Positions 49,031-58,934 of a DNA stretch of 64,000 nt are shown here, piece after piece. How positions within the stretch are numbered: the stretch's first letter is position 1; each line of letters begins with the position of its first letter. This stretch comes from a virus (Duplodnaviria; Caudoviricetes), in IMG/VR virus record IMGVR_UViG_3300021963_000022. One strand, given 5' to 3'. Both the position numbers and the translations under genes were made by a program. Under the pieces are notes generated by a model. That model was not told the origin of the DNA. It ran no database searches and saw nothing but the letters and a program-made list of their open reading frames with translations.

Positions 49031-50851
49031 ATGGCGGTAGTTGTTGTTTATGGTGGAGGGTTTCAACCCTTTCATGCAGGACATTTGAGCAGTTATGTAG
49101 AGGCTAAACGTGCCTTTCCTGATGCTGAATTCTTTGTTGCCGCCAGCAATGATGTTAAACAACGACCTATTCCTTTTAAAGTAAAGAAGTTTCTAGCACA
49201 ACAAGCAGGTGTTAGAGATGCGTTTGTTGAAGTAAGGCAGCCGCTCAATCCTAAAGAAATTTTAGAAATATTTGACCCTGCAAAAGATATATTTGTATTA
49301 GTACGTAGTGAGCGTGACCCTATGCCATACACTAAAAAAGATGGTAGTCCCGCATACTTCCAACCATTTGTCAGTTTAGACCAATGTAATCCATATGGTA
49401 AAAATGCTTATGTACTAGTCACAAAGAAAAAAGATTTTACTGTTAATGGTCAAGAAGTATATTCTGGATCACAAGTACGTGACATGTATACTAATGCAGA
49501 CGATGTAAATAAAGAACAAATCATTAGTCAGTTATATCCTAAGAGTAGCCACAAAGATACAATCAAACAAGTTTTGGATCAATATTTGCAATCTACACCT
49601 AAAACAGTTTTGGAGCCCAAAGTGCCAGCAGCTAAACAATTAAAGAATAAGAAACTAGCAGAGATGATTAAACAAGCTAGACCTTTACTAAAAGAAGCAT
49701 CAATTGAAAAGAAAGTAAAGTTTCTTAAGTTGTTAAAAGATTATGCAATAACAAATATAGAAGAAGCAGTTAGTCCTACGTATGGTGACGTAATTAAAAC
49801 ACGTAATAAGATAGCACAACAAACTAATCCTACTCGTAATAAGTTTATATGGAAACGTCCTAATCAGATCCGTGGTAGTTATACTGACCAACAATTAATT
49901 TCACAAGGTTTTCGTAAATCAGCACAAAACAATCTATGGGGCGGTACACAAGAAATGTGGGATCGTTTATCAGAATCATTGAATGAATTTGCCCCACCAA
50001 GTAGAGATGACGGCGGTGGCGAGAATGATAGAAATCGTAGAATAAGAAAACTATTAGAAATTGCCATACAAGTAGCAAAAGAAAAAAATGTCGATGAATT
50101 GGGTATGATACATGCTATGAATATGATAGCAGGTGATGAATTTTTTAATACAGCAGTTGAAGGTATATTACCTGATATAACAGATAAAGAATATATGTTT
50201 GTGCTACAAAGTGCTTATAAAACAGTAAAGCAAGGTTTAGCAGAAGCAAAGAAAAAAAGAAAAAAGAAAAGTAAAAACCGTAGTATTGGAAGATATTTCT
50301 TTCCAGGATATAATTACTACGGTGGCGGCAGTGGAGAATCTGGTGAGAGTGGAGGAGATGGCGGCGGTGAAGGTGTGGCGGAAGGCTCCTTAAACGAACT
50401 TGCACCAGGTGGGAATGGTGGCGACGGAGGAGATGACAGATATATCCCGCCAAATTTTGGTAAGCCCTACGCGGCAAAATATCTAGGCAAGAATGAATTT
50501 GAAGTATTTTGCCGCCCGGATAATGATCCATCTAAAGTGATTAAGTTACGAGCCATCGTTCAAAAATATGGTTTAGAATTTGATGATGACAACTATGATG
50601 AAGAAACTGGCGAAGGCGGCCGATGGTATTTAGACAGTCCCGGTGCTGTATGGCTTGGTTGGCAATATGGTGAAATCCCATTACCTAAGGCCATTGATCA
50701 AGTACGTAATCCAGGACATATTCACGATTTAGTTACCGACTATCTTACCAATGCACATAATTTTGAGATACAAAAAATAGCAATAGAATATTTTGGTTTT
50801 ACTACAGATGGTGAAATGAATGAATCTGTGGATTATTTAGACGAGAAATAA
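49031..50851 (+). CDS. HIGH-family (cytidylyltransferase-like) nucleotidyltransferase followed by an array of Glu-delimited modules
   Basis: YGGGFQPFHAGH motif; SGSQVR (KMSKS-like); linkers IEE|A, LSE|SLNE|F, KQGLAE|A, EGVAE|GSLNE|L, MNE|S. Confidence 0.8.
   Translation: MAVVVVYGGGFQPFHAGHLSSYVEAKRAFPDAEFFVAASNDVKQRPIPFKVKKFLAQQAGVRDAFVEVRQPLNPKEILEIFDPAKDIFVLVRSERDPMPYTKKDGSPAYFQPFVSLDQCNPYGKNAYVLVTKKKDFTVNGQEVYSGSQVRDMYTNADDVNKEQIISQLYPKSSHKDTIKQVLDQYLQSTPKTVLEPKVPAAKQLKNKKLAEMIKQARPLLKEASIEKKVKFLKLLKDYAITNIEEAVSPTYGDVIKTRNKIAQQTNPTRNKFIWKRPNQIRGSYTDQQLISQGFRKSAQNNLWGGTQEMWDRLSESLNEFAPPSRDDGGGENDRNRRIRKLLEIAIQVAKEKNVDELGMIHAMNMIAGDEFFNTAVEGILPDITDKEYMFVLQSAYKTVKQGLAEAKKKRKKKSKNRSIGRYFFPGYNYYGGGSGESGESGGDGGGEGVAEGSLNELAPGGNGGDGGDDRYIPPNFGKPYAAKYLGKNEFEVFCRPDNDPSKVIKLRAIVQKYGLEFDDDNYDEETGEGGRWYLDSPGAVWLGWQYGEIPLPKAIDQVRNPGHIHDLVTDYLTNAHNFEIQKIAIEYFGFTTDGEMNESVDYLDEK
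50369..50387 (+). repeat. cassette-junction repeat copy GAAGGTGTGGCGGAAGGCT
   Basis: 18-nt exact identity (AAGGTGTGGCGGAAGGCT) with 18967-18984; degenerate copy CAAGGTTTAGCAGAAG at 50231. Confidence 0.85.
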
Positions 50852-50907
50852 AAATATTTCGGGCCCCTCTTTATAGTGTAAATATCTTTATCTTTAAAGA
50901 GGACCAA

Positions 50908-51864
50908 ATGGCAACAAAGAAAACAACTAAATCATTAAAAGACGCTAAATCAGAAGCAAAGACCGTACCCATTGAAAAAGTACAAGAAATTGCTGAACAG
51001 GCAGCACAGCAGCAACCAGCTGGCAATCAAGTACAAGTTAATGTAGATTATCTACGCACAACAAGGGTACATATTGCAATGCCATGTTATGGTGGTATGC
51101 TAACAGAATCAACATTCATGTCATTCATTAAGTGGGCAAATACAGCCCGTCAACTTGGTATTGATTGGACACTAGAAACAATGGTTAATGAGTCATTGAT
51201 TTCACGTGCAAGAAATACATTAACTGCTAAGTTTTTAGAACAAAAAGATTCAACTCATTTGTTTTTTGTTGACGCAGACATTGGATGGGAACCATGGCAT
51301 TTACTAGTTCTATTGAACCGTGATGTTGATGTTATCGGTGGACTATATCCAATGAAGACAATGCCAATCAAGTGGGTTGTTAATGGATTTGAAGGTGCCG
51401 AAGAAGGTGCCGACGGATTACAAGAAGTATCTAAAGCAGGTACAGGTTTCTTGTTAATGAAACGTCATGTATTTGAAAAATTAAAAGCACACCCAGCTGT
51501 CAAACAATACAAGAACGACATTGGGCTAGATCCAAAGTATGACCAACACTTAAAAACATATTTTGATACAGCAGTTCGTCAGAATCGCTATTATAGTGAA
51601 GATTGGACATTCTGTGAAAACTGGCGTGATTTAGGTGGTAAAATCTGGATTGACAAACGTGTATTACTACGTCACTCCGGATCATATGTATTCTGTATGG
51701 AAAATCAACAGCATTTAATGGACACAATTGGTCCAATGTATGTACAAGAATTACAGAAAAAACAACAACCTTCAGTAGCGACTCCAGTTGATACACAACC
51801 TGAAATTGTGCCAACATCTGCCCCTGCTATTAAAAAAGCGGCAGCAAGAAAGAAAAAAGTTTAA
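50908..51864 (+). CDS. GT-A fold glycosyltransferase-like protein
   Basis: IAMPCYGG, FFVDADI (DxD), GTGFLL, SEDWTFC and RHSG motifs. Confidence 0.7.
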   Translation: MATKKTTKSLKDAKSEAKTVPIEKVQEIAEQAAQQQPAGNQVQVNVDYLRTTRVHIAMPCYGGMLTESTFMSFIKWANTARQLGIDWTLETMVNESLISRARNTLTAKFLEQKDSTHLFFVDADIGWEPWHLLVLLNRDVDVIGGLYPMKTMPIKWVVNGFEGAEEGADGLQEVSKAGTGFLLMKRHVFEKLKAHPAVKQYKNDIGLDPKYDQHLKTYFDTAVRQNRYYSEDWTFCENWRDLGGKIWIDKRVLLRHSGSYVFCMENQQHLMDTIGPMYVQELQKKQQPSVATPVDTQPEIVPTSAPAIKKAAARKKKV

Positions 51865-51883
51865 TATAAACTAATCTTAGCAC

Positions 51884-51909
51884 AAACGGCTGGCATCTGT
51901 CAGCCGTTT
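51884..51909 (+). terminator. hairpin, probable terminator or processing site
   Basis: AAACGGCTGGC-ATCT-GTCAGCCGTTT. Confidence 0.6.
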
Positions 51910-51932
51910 CCATATTTACGAATAAATACTAT

Positions 51933-53375
51933 ATGCAGTTAAACGAACTAGATAATTTCAGCCTCAGCGATGCGGTCTTCTTTCATGACGAGTTAAATCC
52001 CGCTATATTTGCCGGTGACCATATGAAATACGATGTTAGAGAACAACTATTACATATTGCTGAAGACTTTGTAGAACATCTTGGCATACCGAATATAGAC
52101 ATAGTAGACATTACTATATCAGGTAGTAGTGCAGCCTATTCGTATACAAAATACAGCGATATTGACCTACATATTCTAGTTGACATGAACAAATTCTCCG
52201 ATGATGATGTATATCGTGAACTATTTGATGCTAAAAAAGTCGTATATAATGACCAACACGATATTGTTATTAACGGATATGAAGTAGAGTTATACGTACA
52301 AGATACAAATCAGCCTGTAATTAGTTTAGGTGAGTATTCAGTAATGAATGACAAGTGGATCAAACTTCCTAGAAAACGTAGAGCACATTTAGATCAGGCT
52401 GCTACTAAAGCCAAGTTTGAGAAGTTATATAAGTTATCAGAATATGCTGTAAAATCTAAAAATTTAGAAAAGATAAGACAAGTATTAAAGACAATTAAGA
52501 AGTATAGACAAGCAGGATTAGATGTTCATGGGGAGTTTGGTCCTGAGAATTTAGCATTTAAAGCAATACGTAGTAAAGGTATAATAAAGCATCTATATAA
52601 TATGGTAGATGAATTGCATAGTAAACAGTTAAGCATACCTGAGAGTAAATTGTTAGGTCAACTAGATGAAATCATTGACATGCCTCCAGTAAAAAAACGA
52701 TTGGATATAGAATCAATGTATAATGATTTACAGTACAAAATTAGATACCATGAAGCCAGTGAATTAACTTCAATAAAATTTTCAATGAAAAATCGTGTAT
52801 TTCGTGATGGAGATCATGGATTAAAATTTTTCTTATTTAATAAAGATAAACCAGTCTTTTATCTTGGTATAAGTAAATTCCATGATGGATTTAAAACAGG
52901 TGCGGTTGCTAGTAGTCCTGAAGTACAGGGTCAGGGTTTAGGTTGGAAATTATATAAAGCTGTTAGTGAGTATCTAAATGTACCGTTATATAGTGACAGC
53001 ACACAAACACCTGACAGTAAGAACGGCATTTGGCAGAAATTGATTCAAAATTATCCTAAGCAAGTTATAGGATATAATCAAATATTGCGTAGAAATGTTC
53101 CTATTAATAACATATATCAAACATTGCCTCAAGATCAATTAAAAGATATAGAGGATGATACTAGAAAAAATACATTATTATTAAAGTTATTGCCCATAGC
53201 AGTAACAGATATGTATGAGGCATCAGGTTATATCCCTAGTGAAGGTGAAAAGAACGACCCTAGATGGGAACGTGCATTAAGTATAGATGTGCATCCAGAT
53301 ACAATGAAAAAGCAGGCTAAGAAATTCGGTTGGAAGATTAGTCGTGCCGGAATTCCCCCATTGCTAAGAAAATAA
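51933..53375 (+). CDS. Pol-beta-fold nucleotidyltransferase fused to a GNAT module and a short C-terminal module
   Basis: SGS-x10-DIDL and EVELY; LDE|II junction; VQGQGLGWKLY acetyl-CoA motif A; MYE|ASGY junction; AATAAATA 51921-28. Confidence 0.75.
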   Translation: MQLNELDNFSLSDAVFFHDELNPAIFAGDHMKYDVREQLLHIAEDFVEHLGIPNIDIVDITISGSSAAYSYTKYSDIDLHILVDMNKFSDDDVYRELFDAKKVVYNDQHDIVINGYEVELYVQDTNQPVISLGEYSVMNDKWIKLPRKRRAHLDQAATKAKFEKLYKLSEYAVKSKNLEKIRQVLKTIKKYRQAGLDVHGEFGPENLAFKAIRSKGIIKHLYNMVDELHSKQLSIPESKLLGQLDEIIDMPPVKKRLDIESMYNDLQYKIRYHEASELTSIKFSMKNRVFRDGDHGLKFFLFNKDKPVFYLGISKFHDGFKTGAVASSPEVQGQGLGWKLYKAVSEYLNVPLYSDSTQTPDSKNGIWQKLIQNYPKQVIGYNQILRRNVPINNIYQTLPQDQLKDIEDDTRKNTLLLKLLPIAVTDMYEASGYIPSEGEKNDPRWERALSIDVHPDTMKKQAKKFGWKISRAGIPPLLRK

Positions 53376-53387
53376 GGACAATAAGAA

Positions 53388-56300
53388 ATGGCAACGTCAA
53401 ATCAAAAACCAGTAAAAACAGTTACAATCAACTATGTTGATCCTGCTCCTGGACAATCCACTCAATTAGAAATTATTAATGACCCGGGCGGTAACGTAGG
53501 TGAAGTGCAATTTAATGCAAAAGGTGGCCTCTTCGGAGGATCTAATGCCTTTGTATGGAACAATACTACTAGCAATTTAGGAGTTCGTGGTAACCTCAGT
53601 GTTACGGGTAATATTTATGGAAATATAAGTGCTAGCTCTACAAACTTAAAAATTAAAGGTGGGGTGTCAGGTGACGTTTTAGTTACTGACGGTACTGGTA
53701 ATTTAACTTGGACAAGTCTTCAAGATGCAGGTGGTTACGGTAACAGTGAAGTTGCTAACTATCTACCTACATTTGAAGGTGAGTTATCTGCAGGTAATGC
53801 TGATTTAGGTAATGCGGTTACTGCAAATTACTTTATTGGTAATTTTTATGGTACAGCAAATCTAGCTACATTTGCAACAACTGCAAACGGTGTTGCGGCT
53901 GCAAACGTTTCAGGTCTGGGTAATATAGCTACACTTAACTTAGATGGTAGTAATAACAATGTGTTGTACGGCAACGGAGTGTTTGCTTCAATACCCTCAG
54001 GTGCTAATACAGGTAATGTTACATTTAATGACATTAGTATTATTGGCACTAGCAACTTAAAGTTACAACCTGATTCTGCTAATAGTAGTGCTTATTTAGA
54101 TATCTATCTAACCAGTGGTCCAGACATTCATATTGCTGGAAACGGTGAAACTGTTATTCTTGGAACTGATGACTATGCAAATGTCGCCGTCAATATTGAT
54201 GGTAATGTGTCTATACAAGCCGGTGATGCCAATGGAACACAAACTTGGAACTTTGGTACAGATGGTAATACTACCATCCCAGGTTTTATCACATCAAACA
54301 ATACAATAACTATTGACAATCAAAATTCAGGTAATTCAGCAGATATCAACATTTATTCAGCAGATAATATTTTACTACAAGGTAAAGATATGCCTGTAGG
54401 GGCTGATGCTGAAGGCGGTGATATCAACATCTATGGTGGTGATGGTAGCCCAGATGATGGTACAGACACATCAGGCACTGGTGGAGATATACATATCTCC
54501 GCTGGTGTGGGTGGATATGCTAATACATTTAGTGCATCAGGCGGCGGTACTATGCGACTAAGAGGTGGGGGCGGTGGTGATGCAAGTGTCACATCACAAG
54601 CAGGTAACGGTGGCTATATTGAAATTACTGGGGGGTATGCCGGCAGTGATGGTGGAAACACAGCATTAGGTGCTGCCGGCGGATATGTTGAAATTATTGC
54701 TGGCGGTAGTACTCAAGAAGGAATCAATGGGGCTAGTGTTACTATCTCTTCAGGGGTAAGTGGTCCTAATGCACTAGCAGGTTCTGTAGAAATCTCTACG
54801 CCAATAAGTGCTAATGGACCAGGCGGTACTTGGACATTTGACGGTAACGGTATATTAACATTACCAGATGGGGCAATCATTGATACTATAGGTAATAACT
54901 TTGAAGTTCGTGCAATTGAGAATGTAAACTTTGAAGCAAATGCTGTTGTTAACATTTATACTGATGGATCAAACAATGCTTATCAATGGCAGTTTGATGC
55001 AGACGGTAATTTAACATTACCACGTGGTGGTATGATCTATGAAACTAACATTCCAGGTGGTGTATTAAGCGGCAATACTATTGTTCTAAAACCACAGGGC
55101 GGAACCAATGCTGACCAACAGTTACTTGTTTATCCAACAGCAATTGGTTCTGACTTCAATCACTTACATATGACCTCAGGTAATTTGTACAATACTGAAC
55201 TATTCTTAGGTAATGATGACTTTTATATTAAGCTAGCAAACACCGGTAATGTTGTTATCAATAGTAATGATGGCACTGGCAATACTGCACAGTGGACCTT
55301 TGGCAGTAATAGCAACTTTACGTTACCTGGCGGTAGTTTAATCGATGACACACCAACCGGTGTGCAAATATCCGGAGCGGGACAGACCGCTGTTAATCGT
55401 TTTTATACAAAAGTAAGCAACACCTTATATGAAGCTGTAGATGCAGGCGTTACCTATAGACTAATAGATCAAGGCATTTGGAGTCTTGATGTGGTAGGTG
55501 AGAGCAATCCTCGATATACTTCCGCTGATCTCATAACTTGGGCCGATACTGGAGGCGGCCTTCCTGCTCCAACTGGCACAATAATCAACGGATCAGCCAA
55601 TATCACAGTAAGCGGAAATACTTGGACCTTTAACTCAAATGGTAACTTAACAGTTCCGGGTAGTTTGATTAATGATACGTCAATGGTTCTATCGGCGCCA
55701 GCTGTCTTCAACATCTGCACTATATCTAATGCTGGTAGTGGATATAACACTGGAAGCAGTTTGAAGGCAACTACTGGTGGTTCAGGCACAGGAATGACAG
55801 TAGGCATAGGCTACGGACTGAGCGACCAATTAACAAGTGTCACTGTAGTAGATCCAGGAACAGGCTATGTTAATGGTGATGTGATTACCGTGTCTGAAGG
55901 CACTGGTGGAACATTTGTAATAACCAAATATAATCAATTAGCCAATCAAACTAATAATAATACTGTTCAAACTAATCTTACATTTGCTGATAATACATTA
56001 ACACTACCAACATACGGTGAAATTATTGCTCCCGGCAATATTACAGCAAACAATATTGGTAACATTACACCAATAAACTTAGATGGTAGTTCAAGTAATG
56101 TGTTGTATGGTAATGGTGTGTTTGCTCCTCAGACAGGTGGCGGAGGTGGTGGCGCCGCAATAAGCAATGGCACAAGTTATGCTAATGTTGTATCAAGTGA
56201 CGGCAATGTAGTAATCGGCGTAGATAGCAATAATATGACATGGACATTTGCTACTGACCGTAAGATTTATGGTAAGTTAGATGAAGATGTTACTATCGTA

Positions 56301-57479
56301 GCAGTTGATGATGGCAATGATTCCAGTGTGCGTCAACAAATTGTAGATGACAATCTTGATGCCTTATCACAAACAAGGCTTGAGCCTGGTGATTTTTATA
56401 TTCAGTTTGACCTTGATAGCGGAGGAAATTCTTGGCGCTTTGACAACGGTAGTCTAAGACCACCAGAAGGCGGTGCGTTTGAGCAGTTTGACGGCAATAT
56501 CAGAATGTATGCTATGAATGCAGGTAGTAATCCTGTAGCAAGTTTACAGTCAGTCAGCAATCAGAACGATCCTAACATCTTTACTACTATTGATGCAACA
56601 ACTACTGGGGCTAACATCAGTGTATATAACGGTGGTTCAAACGGTGGCACTGGATATACTTGGCAGTTTGCTAACGACGGTAGTTTAACATTACCAGCAA
56701 ATACGTTTGCTATTAATTACGCTAACGGCACACAAGTATCATTGGGTAGCGGTAGTAGTTCAAATATTAGTAACGGTAATAGTAATGTTAATATAGCAAC
56801 CGCAAACGGTAATGTAACTATTTCCTCTGCCGGTAATACAACGATGACTATTACTGGTACAGGAGCAAATATCACCGGTACACTAAATGTCACTGGTAAT
56901 ATTTCAACATCAACTGGTACATTTGTGGGTAACGGTGCTGGCTTAACTAACGTTACAGTTAATGCCGCAGGTAACATTCAAGGTACAAGTAGCAATGTTT
57001 CATTAGTTGCTGGTAGCTATACAATGACCTTTGACAACACTGGTAACTTGACTTTACCCGGCAACACATTCTCTGTAAACTATGCCAATAACACACCGGT
57101 GAATGTGGTCACTAAGTTTGAGAGTTCCTGGACAGTGCCTGTGGGCAACAGCACTCAAAGTTTCACAGTGGGTGCCAACGAGACCTACTACATGTGGGTT
57201 GATTGCAATATACCCAATGGTATCTTGACTTGGAACGCTACGGCTACTGTTACCAACACCAATGTGCCTGTTGTGGGTGCTCAGTATGCCTGGGTCTACA
57301 ACGGTGGTGGAACACCTATTGATTTTACCAGCATACCCAATCAGTTTATAGGCACCTCAAACACCATAGTTCGTAGCAATGTGGCGCCCAGTTCAACTAC
57401 CAATAGATTTGACTTTGGCATCAACAACACCAGCGGCGGCAATGTCACTGTGCGTTACGGTTGGATCGTAATCAGTTAA
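53388..57479 (+). CDS. mosaic long tail fibre-like protein
   Basis: Shares anchor modules with the other fibres; about 9-10 WxFxx(D/N)GxLTLP linkers bracket unrelated segments. Confidence 0.8.
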   Translation: MATSNQKPVKTVTINYVDPAPGQSTQLEIINDPGGNVGEVQFNAKGGLFGGSNAFVWNNTTSNLGVRGNLSVTGNIYGNISASSTNLKIKGGVSGDVLVTDGTGNLTWTSLQDAGGYGNSEVANYLPTFEGELSAGNADLGNAVTANYFIGNFYGTANLATFATTANGVAAANVSGLGNIATLNLDGSNNNVLYGNGVFASIPSGANTGNVTFNDISIIGTSNLKLQPDSANSSAYLDIYLTSGPDIHIAGNGETVILGTDDYANVAVNIDGNVSIQAGDANGTQTWNFGTDGNTTIPGFITSNNTITIDNQNSGNSADINIYSADNILLQGKDMPVGADAEGGDINIYGGDGSPDDGTDTSGTGGDIHISAGVGGYANTFSASGGGTMRLRGGGGGDASVTSQAGNGGYIEITGGYAGSDGGNTALGAAGGYVEIIAGGSTQEGINGASVTISSGVSGPNALAGSVEISTPISANGPGGTWTFDGNGILTLPDGAIIDTIGNNFEVRAIENVNFEANAVVNIYTDGSNNAYQWQFDADGNLTLPRGGMIYETNIPGGVLSGNTIVLKPQGGTNADQQLLVYPTAIGSDFNHLHMTSGNLYNTELFLGNDDFYIKLANTGNVVINSNDGTGNTAQWTFGSNSNFTLPGGSLIDDTPTGVQISGAGQTAVNRFYTKVSNTLYEAVDAGVTYRLIDQGIWSLDVVGESNPRYTSADLITWADTGGGLPAPTGTIINGSANITVSGNTWTFNSNGNLTVPGSLINDTSMVLSAPAVFNICTISNAGSGYNTGSSLKATTGGSGTGMTVGIGYGLSDQLTSVTVVDPGTGYVNGDVITVSEGTGGTFVITKYNQLANQTNNNTVQTNLTFADNTLTLPTYGEIIAPGNITANNIGNITPINLDGSSSNVLYGNGVFAPQTGGGGGGAAISNGTSYANVVSSDGNVVIGVDSNNMTWTFATDRKIYGKLDEDVTIVAVDDGNDSSVRQQIVDDNLDALSQTRLEPGDFYIQFDLDSGGNSWRFDNGSLRPPEGGAFEQFDGNIRMYAMNAGSNPVASLQSVSNQNDPNIFTTIDATTTGANISVYNGGSNGGTGYTWQFANDGSLTLPANTFAINYANGTQVSLGSGSSSNISNGNSNVNIATANGNVTISSAGNTTMTITGTGANITGTLNVTGNISTSTGTFVGNGAGLTNVTVNAAGNIQGTSSNVSLVAGSYTMTFDNTGNLTLPGNTFSVNYANNTPVNVVTKFESSWTVPVGNSTQSFTVGANETYYMWVDCNIPNGILTWNATATVTNTNVPVVGAQYAWVYNGGGTPIDFTSIPNQFIGTSNTIVRSNVAPSSTTNRFDFGINNTSGGNVTVRYGWIVIS

Positions 57480-57489
57480 TGGATCAACT

Positions 57490-58875
57490 ATGATAATACA
57501 AGGTGTAACACTTAACGGCATATCAGCATACGATTCATCGTTTAACTCAAACGGTGCATTACTATACTTAGACGCAGGCAATACAGCCAGTTATCCTGGC
57601 TCAGGAACAACCTGGACAGACCTTAGCACTTATGAAAACAATGCTACCTTAATTAATAGCCCAACTTTTACTAATGCCGACACTGCTAGTTACTTTACTT
57701 TTAATGGCACTAATCAATATGCCCCGGTGACACAATCTAAATTCAATGTAACCTACACAGGTAAGACTACACTATTTTCTATTAAGACTATTAATGCTAA
57801 TACCGGTAATCTAATTTATCGTTGCTTGTTTGGCGGAGATAACCTTCGTAACTTCAATACCTATATGTATCATGTTTCAGGAAGTACTTGGCAAATACAT
57901 TTTAGTTCTAATGGTCAGGGTAGTATTTCTAATTCTTTTACAATAACAGATAATCAGTGGGTGGTTATAGCTGTTACACAAACTACCGGCGGTGTATTGA
58001 CTTATTATGTCAATGGACAACAGCTAGGGTCAGCACAAACTGGCGTAACATTTTCACAATATCTAAGTGGTGGAGTAGAAGCGGTAGCTAAGGCAGACAA
58101 CTATTGGAATGGTTCTATGGGAGTATGTGCTGTATATGGTAGAGCATTGAATGCCAATGAGATACAACAAAACTACAATGCACTATCTGCTAGATATTCT
58201 CCAGTGACTAATAACTTAGTTGCTTATTATAACCCTGACTTGACCAGTAGTTATCCAGGGACAGGAACTACATTATTTGATATTTCTGGCAACGGATTAA
58301 ATGGTACAATGAGTAACATCACTTACACCGATCCGTACTTTACGTATAACGGGACAAATAGTCAGGTTACTATACCCGACAATGCATTATTAGAACCTGG
58401 ATCTGGAAGTTGGACTATGGAAGCGTGGGTTTATCTTAGCAATACAGGTGCAGGAACTAAAACTATTCTAGGTAAATTTGATCCAGGTGGTAACTCACAA
58501 GATGTATCCTATTCTATGCGTATAAGCACAGCCAATGCGTTTGCTCAGATTGGTGACGGTACCGGTGCATACGTTGACAGTACATTATATACTTTAACAA
58601 TCAATACATGGACACAGATTGTTTATGTTTGGACAAACGGTGCTACTAAAACACTACAAACTTACATCAATGGTGCCAGCATAGGTTCTGTCAATCATAC
58701 TCTAAACAGCATATTAAATACACCATCTAACCTATATCTAGGATCATACAACGGTGGCGAGTACGCTCAGTGGATGAATGGTAGAATAGGTATAACTAGA
58801 CTGTATAATGCCGCACTCACTGCGTCTCAAGTATTACAGAATTACAACGCTAATAGATCAACTTACGGGATATAA
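57490..58875 (+). CDS. tandem ConA-like lectin/LamG domain protein
   Basis: Two LDA/YNP..SYPG.GTTW.D.SG.G repeats with F.FNG.NQY, W..I..T and YN.ALTA..V.QNYNA. Confidence 0.8.
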   Translation: MIIQGVTLNGISAYDSSFNSNGALLYLDAGNTASYPGSGTTWTDLSTYENNATLINSPTFTNADTASYFTFNGTNQYAPVTQSKFNVTYTGKTTLFSIKTINANTGNLIYRCLFGGDNLRNFNTYMYHVSGSTWQIHFSSNGQGSISNSFTITDNQWVVIAVTQTTGGVLTYYVNGQQLGSAQTGVTFSQYLSGGVEAVAKADNYWNGSMGVCAVYGRALNANEIQQNYNALSARYSPVTNNLVAYYNPDLTSSYPGTGTTLFDISGNGLNGTMSNITYTDPYFTYNGTNSQVTIPDNALLEPGSGSWTMEAWVYLSNTGAGTKTILGKFDPGGNSQDVSYSMRISTANAFAQIGDGTGAYVDSTLYTLTINTWTQIVYVWTNGATKTLQTYINGASIGSVNHTLNSILNTPSNLYLGSYNGGEYAQWMNGRIGITRLYNAALTASQVLQNYNANRSTYGI

Positions 58876-58934
58876 TCCAGGATTTTGAGATACGTTAAAT
58901 TTTGATAAATATATAATATATTGGAAAATATGTT

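Noticed and set aside
49760-50830. Classical integron attC sites at cassette junctions
   Set aside because: No inverse-core/core (RYYYAAC...GTTRRRY) palindromes are visible, junctions are coding, and no integrase is in the window.
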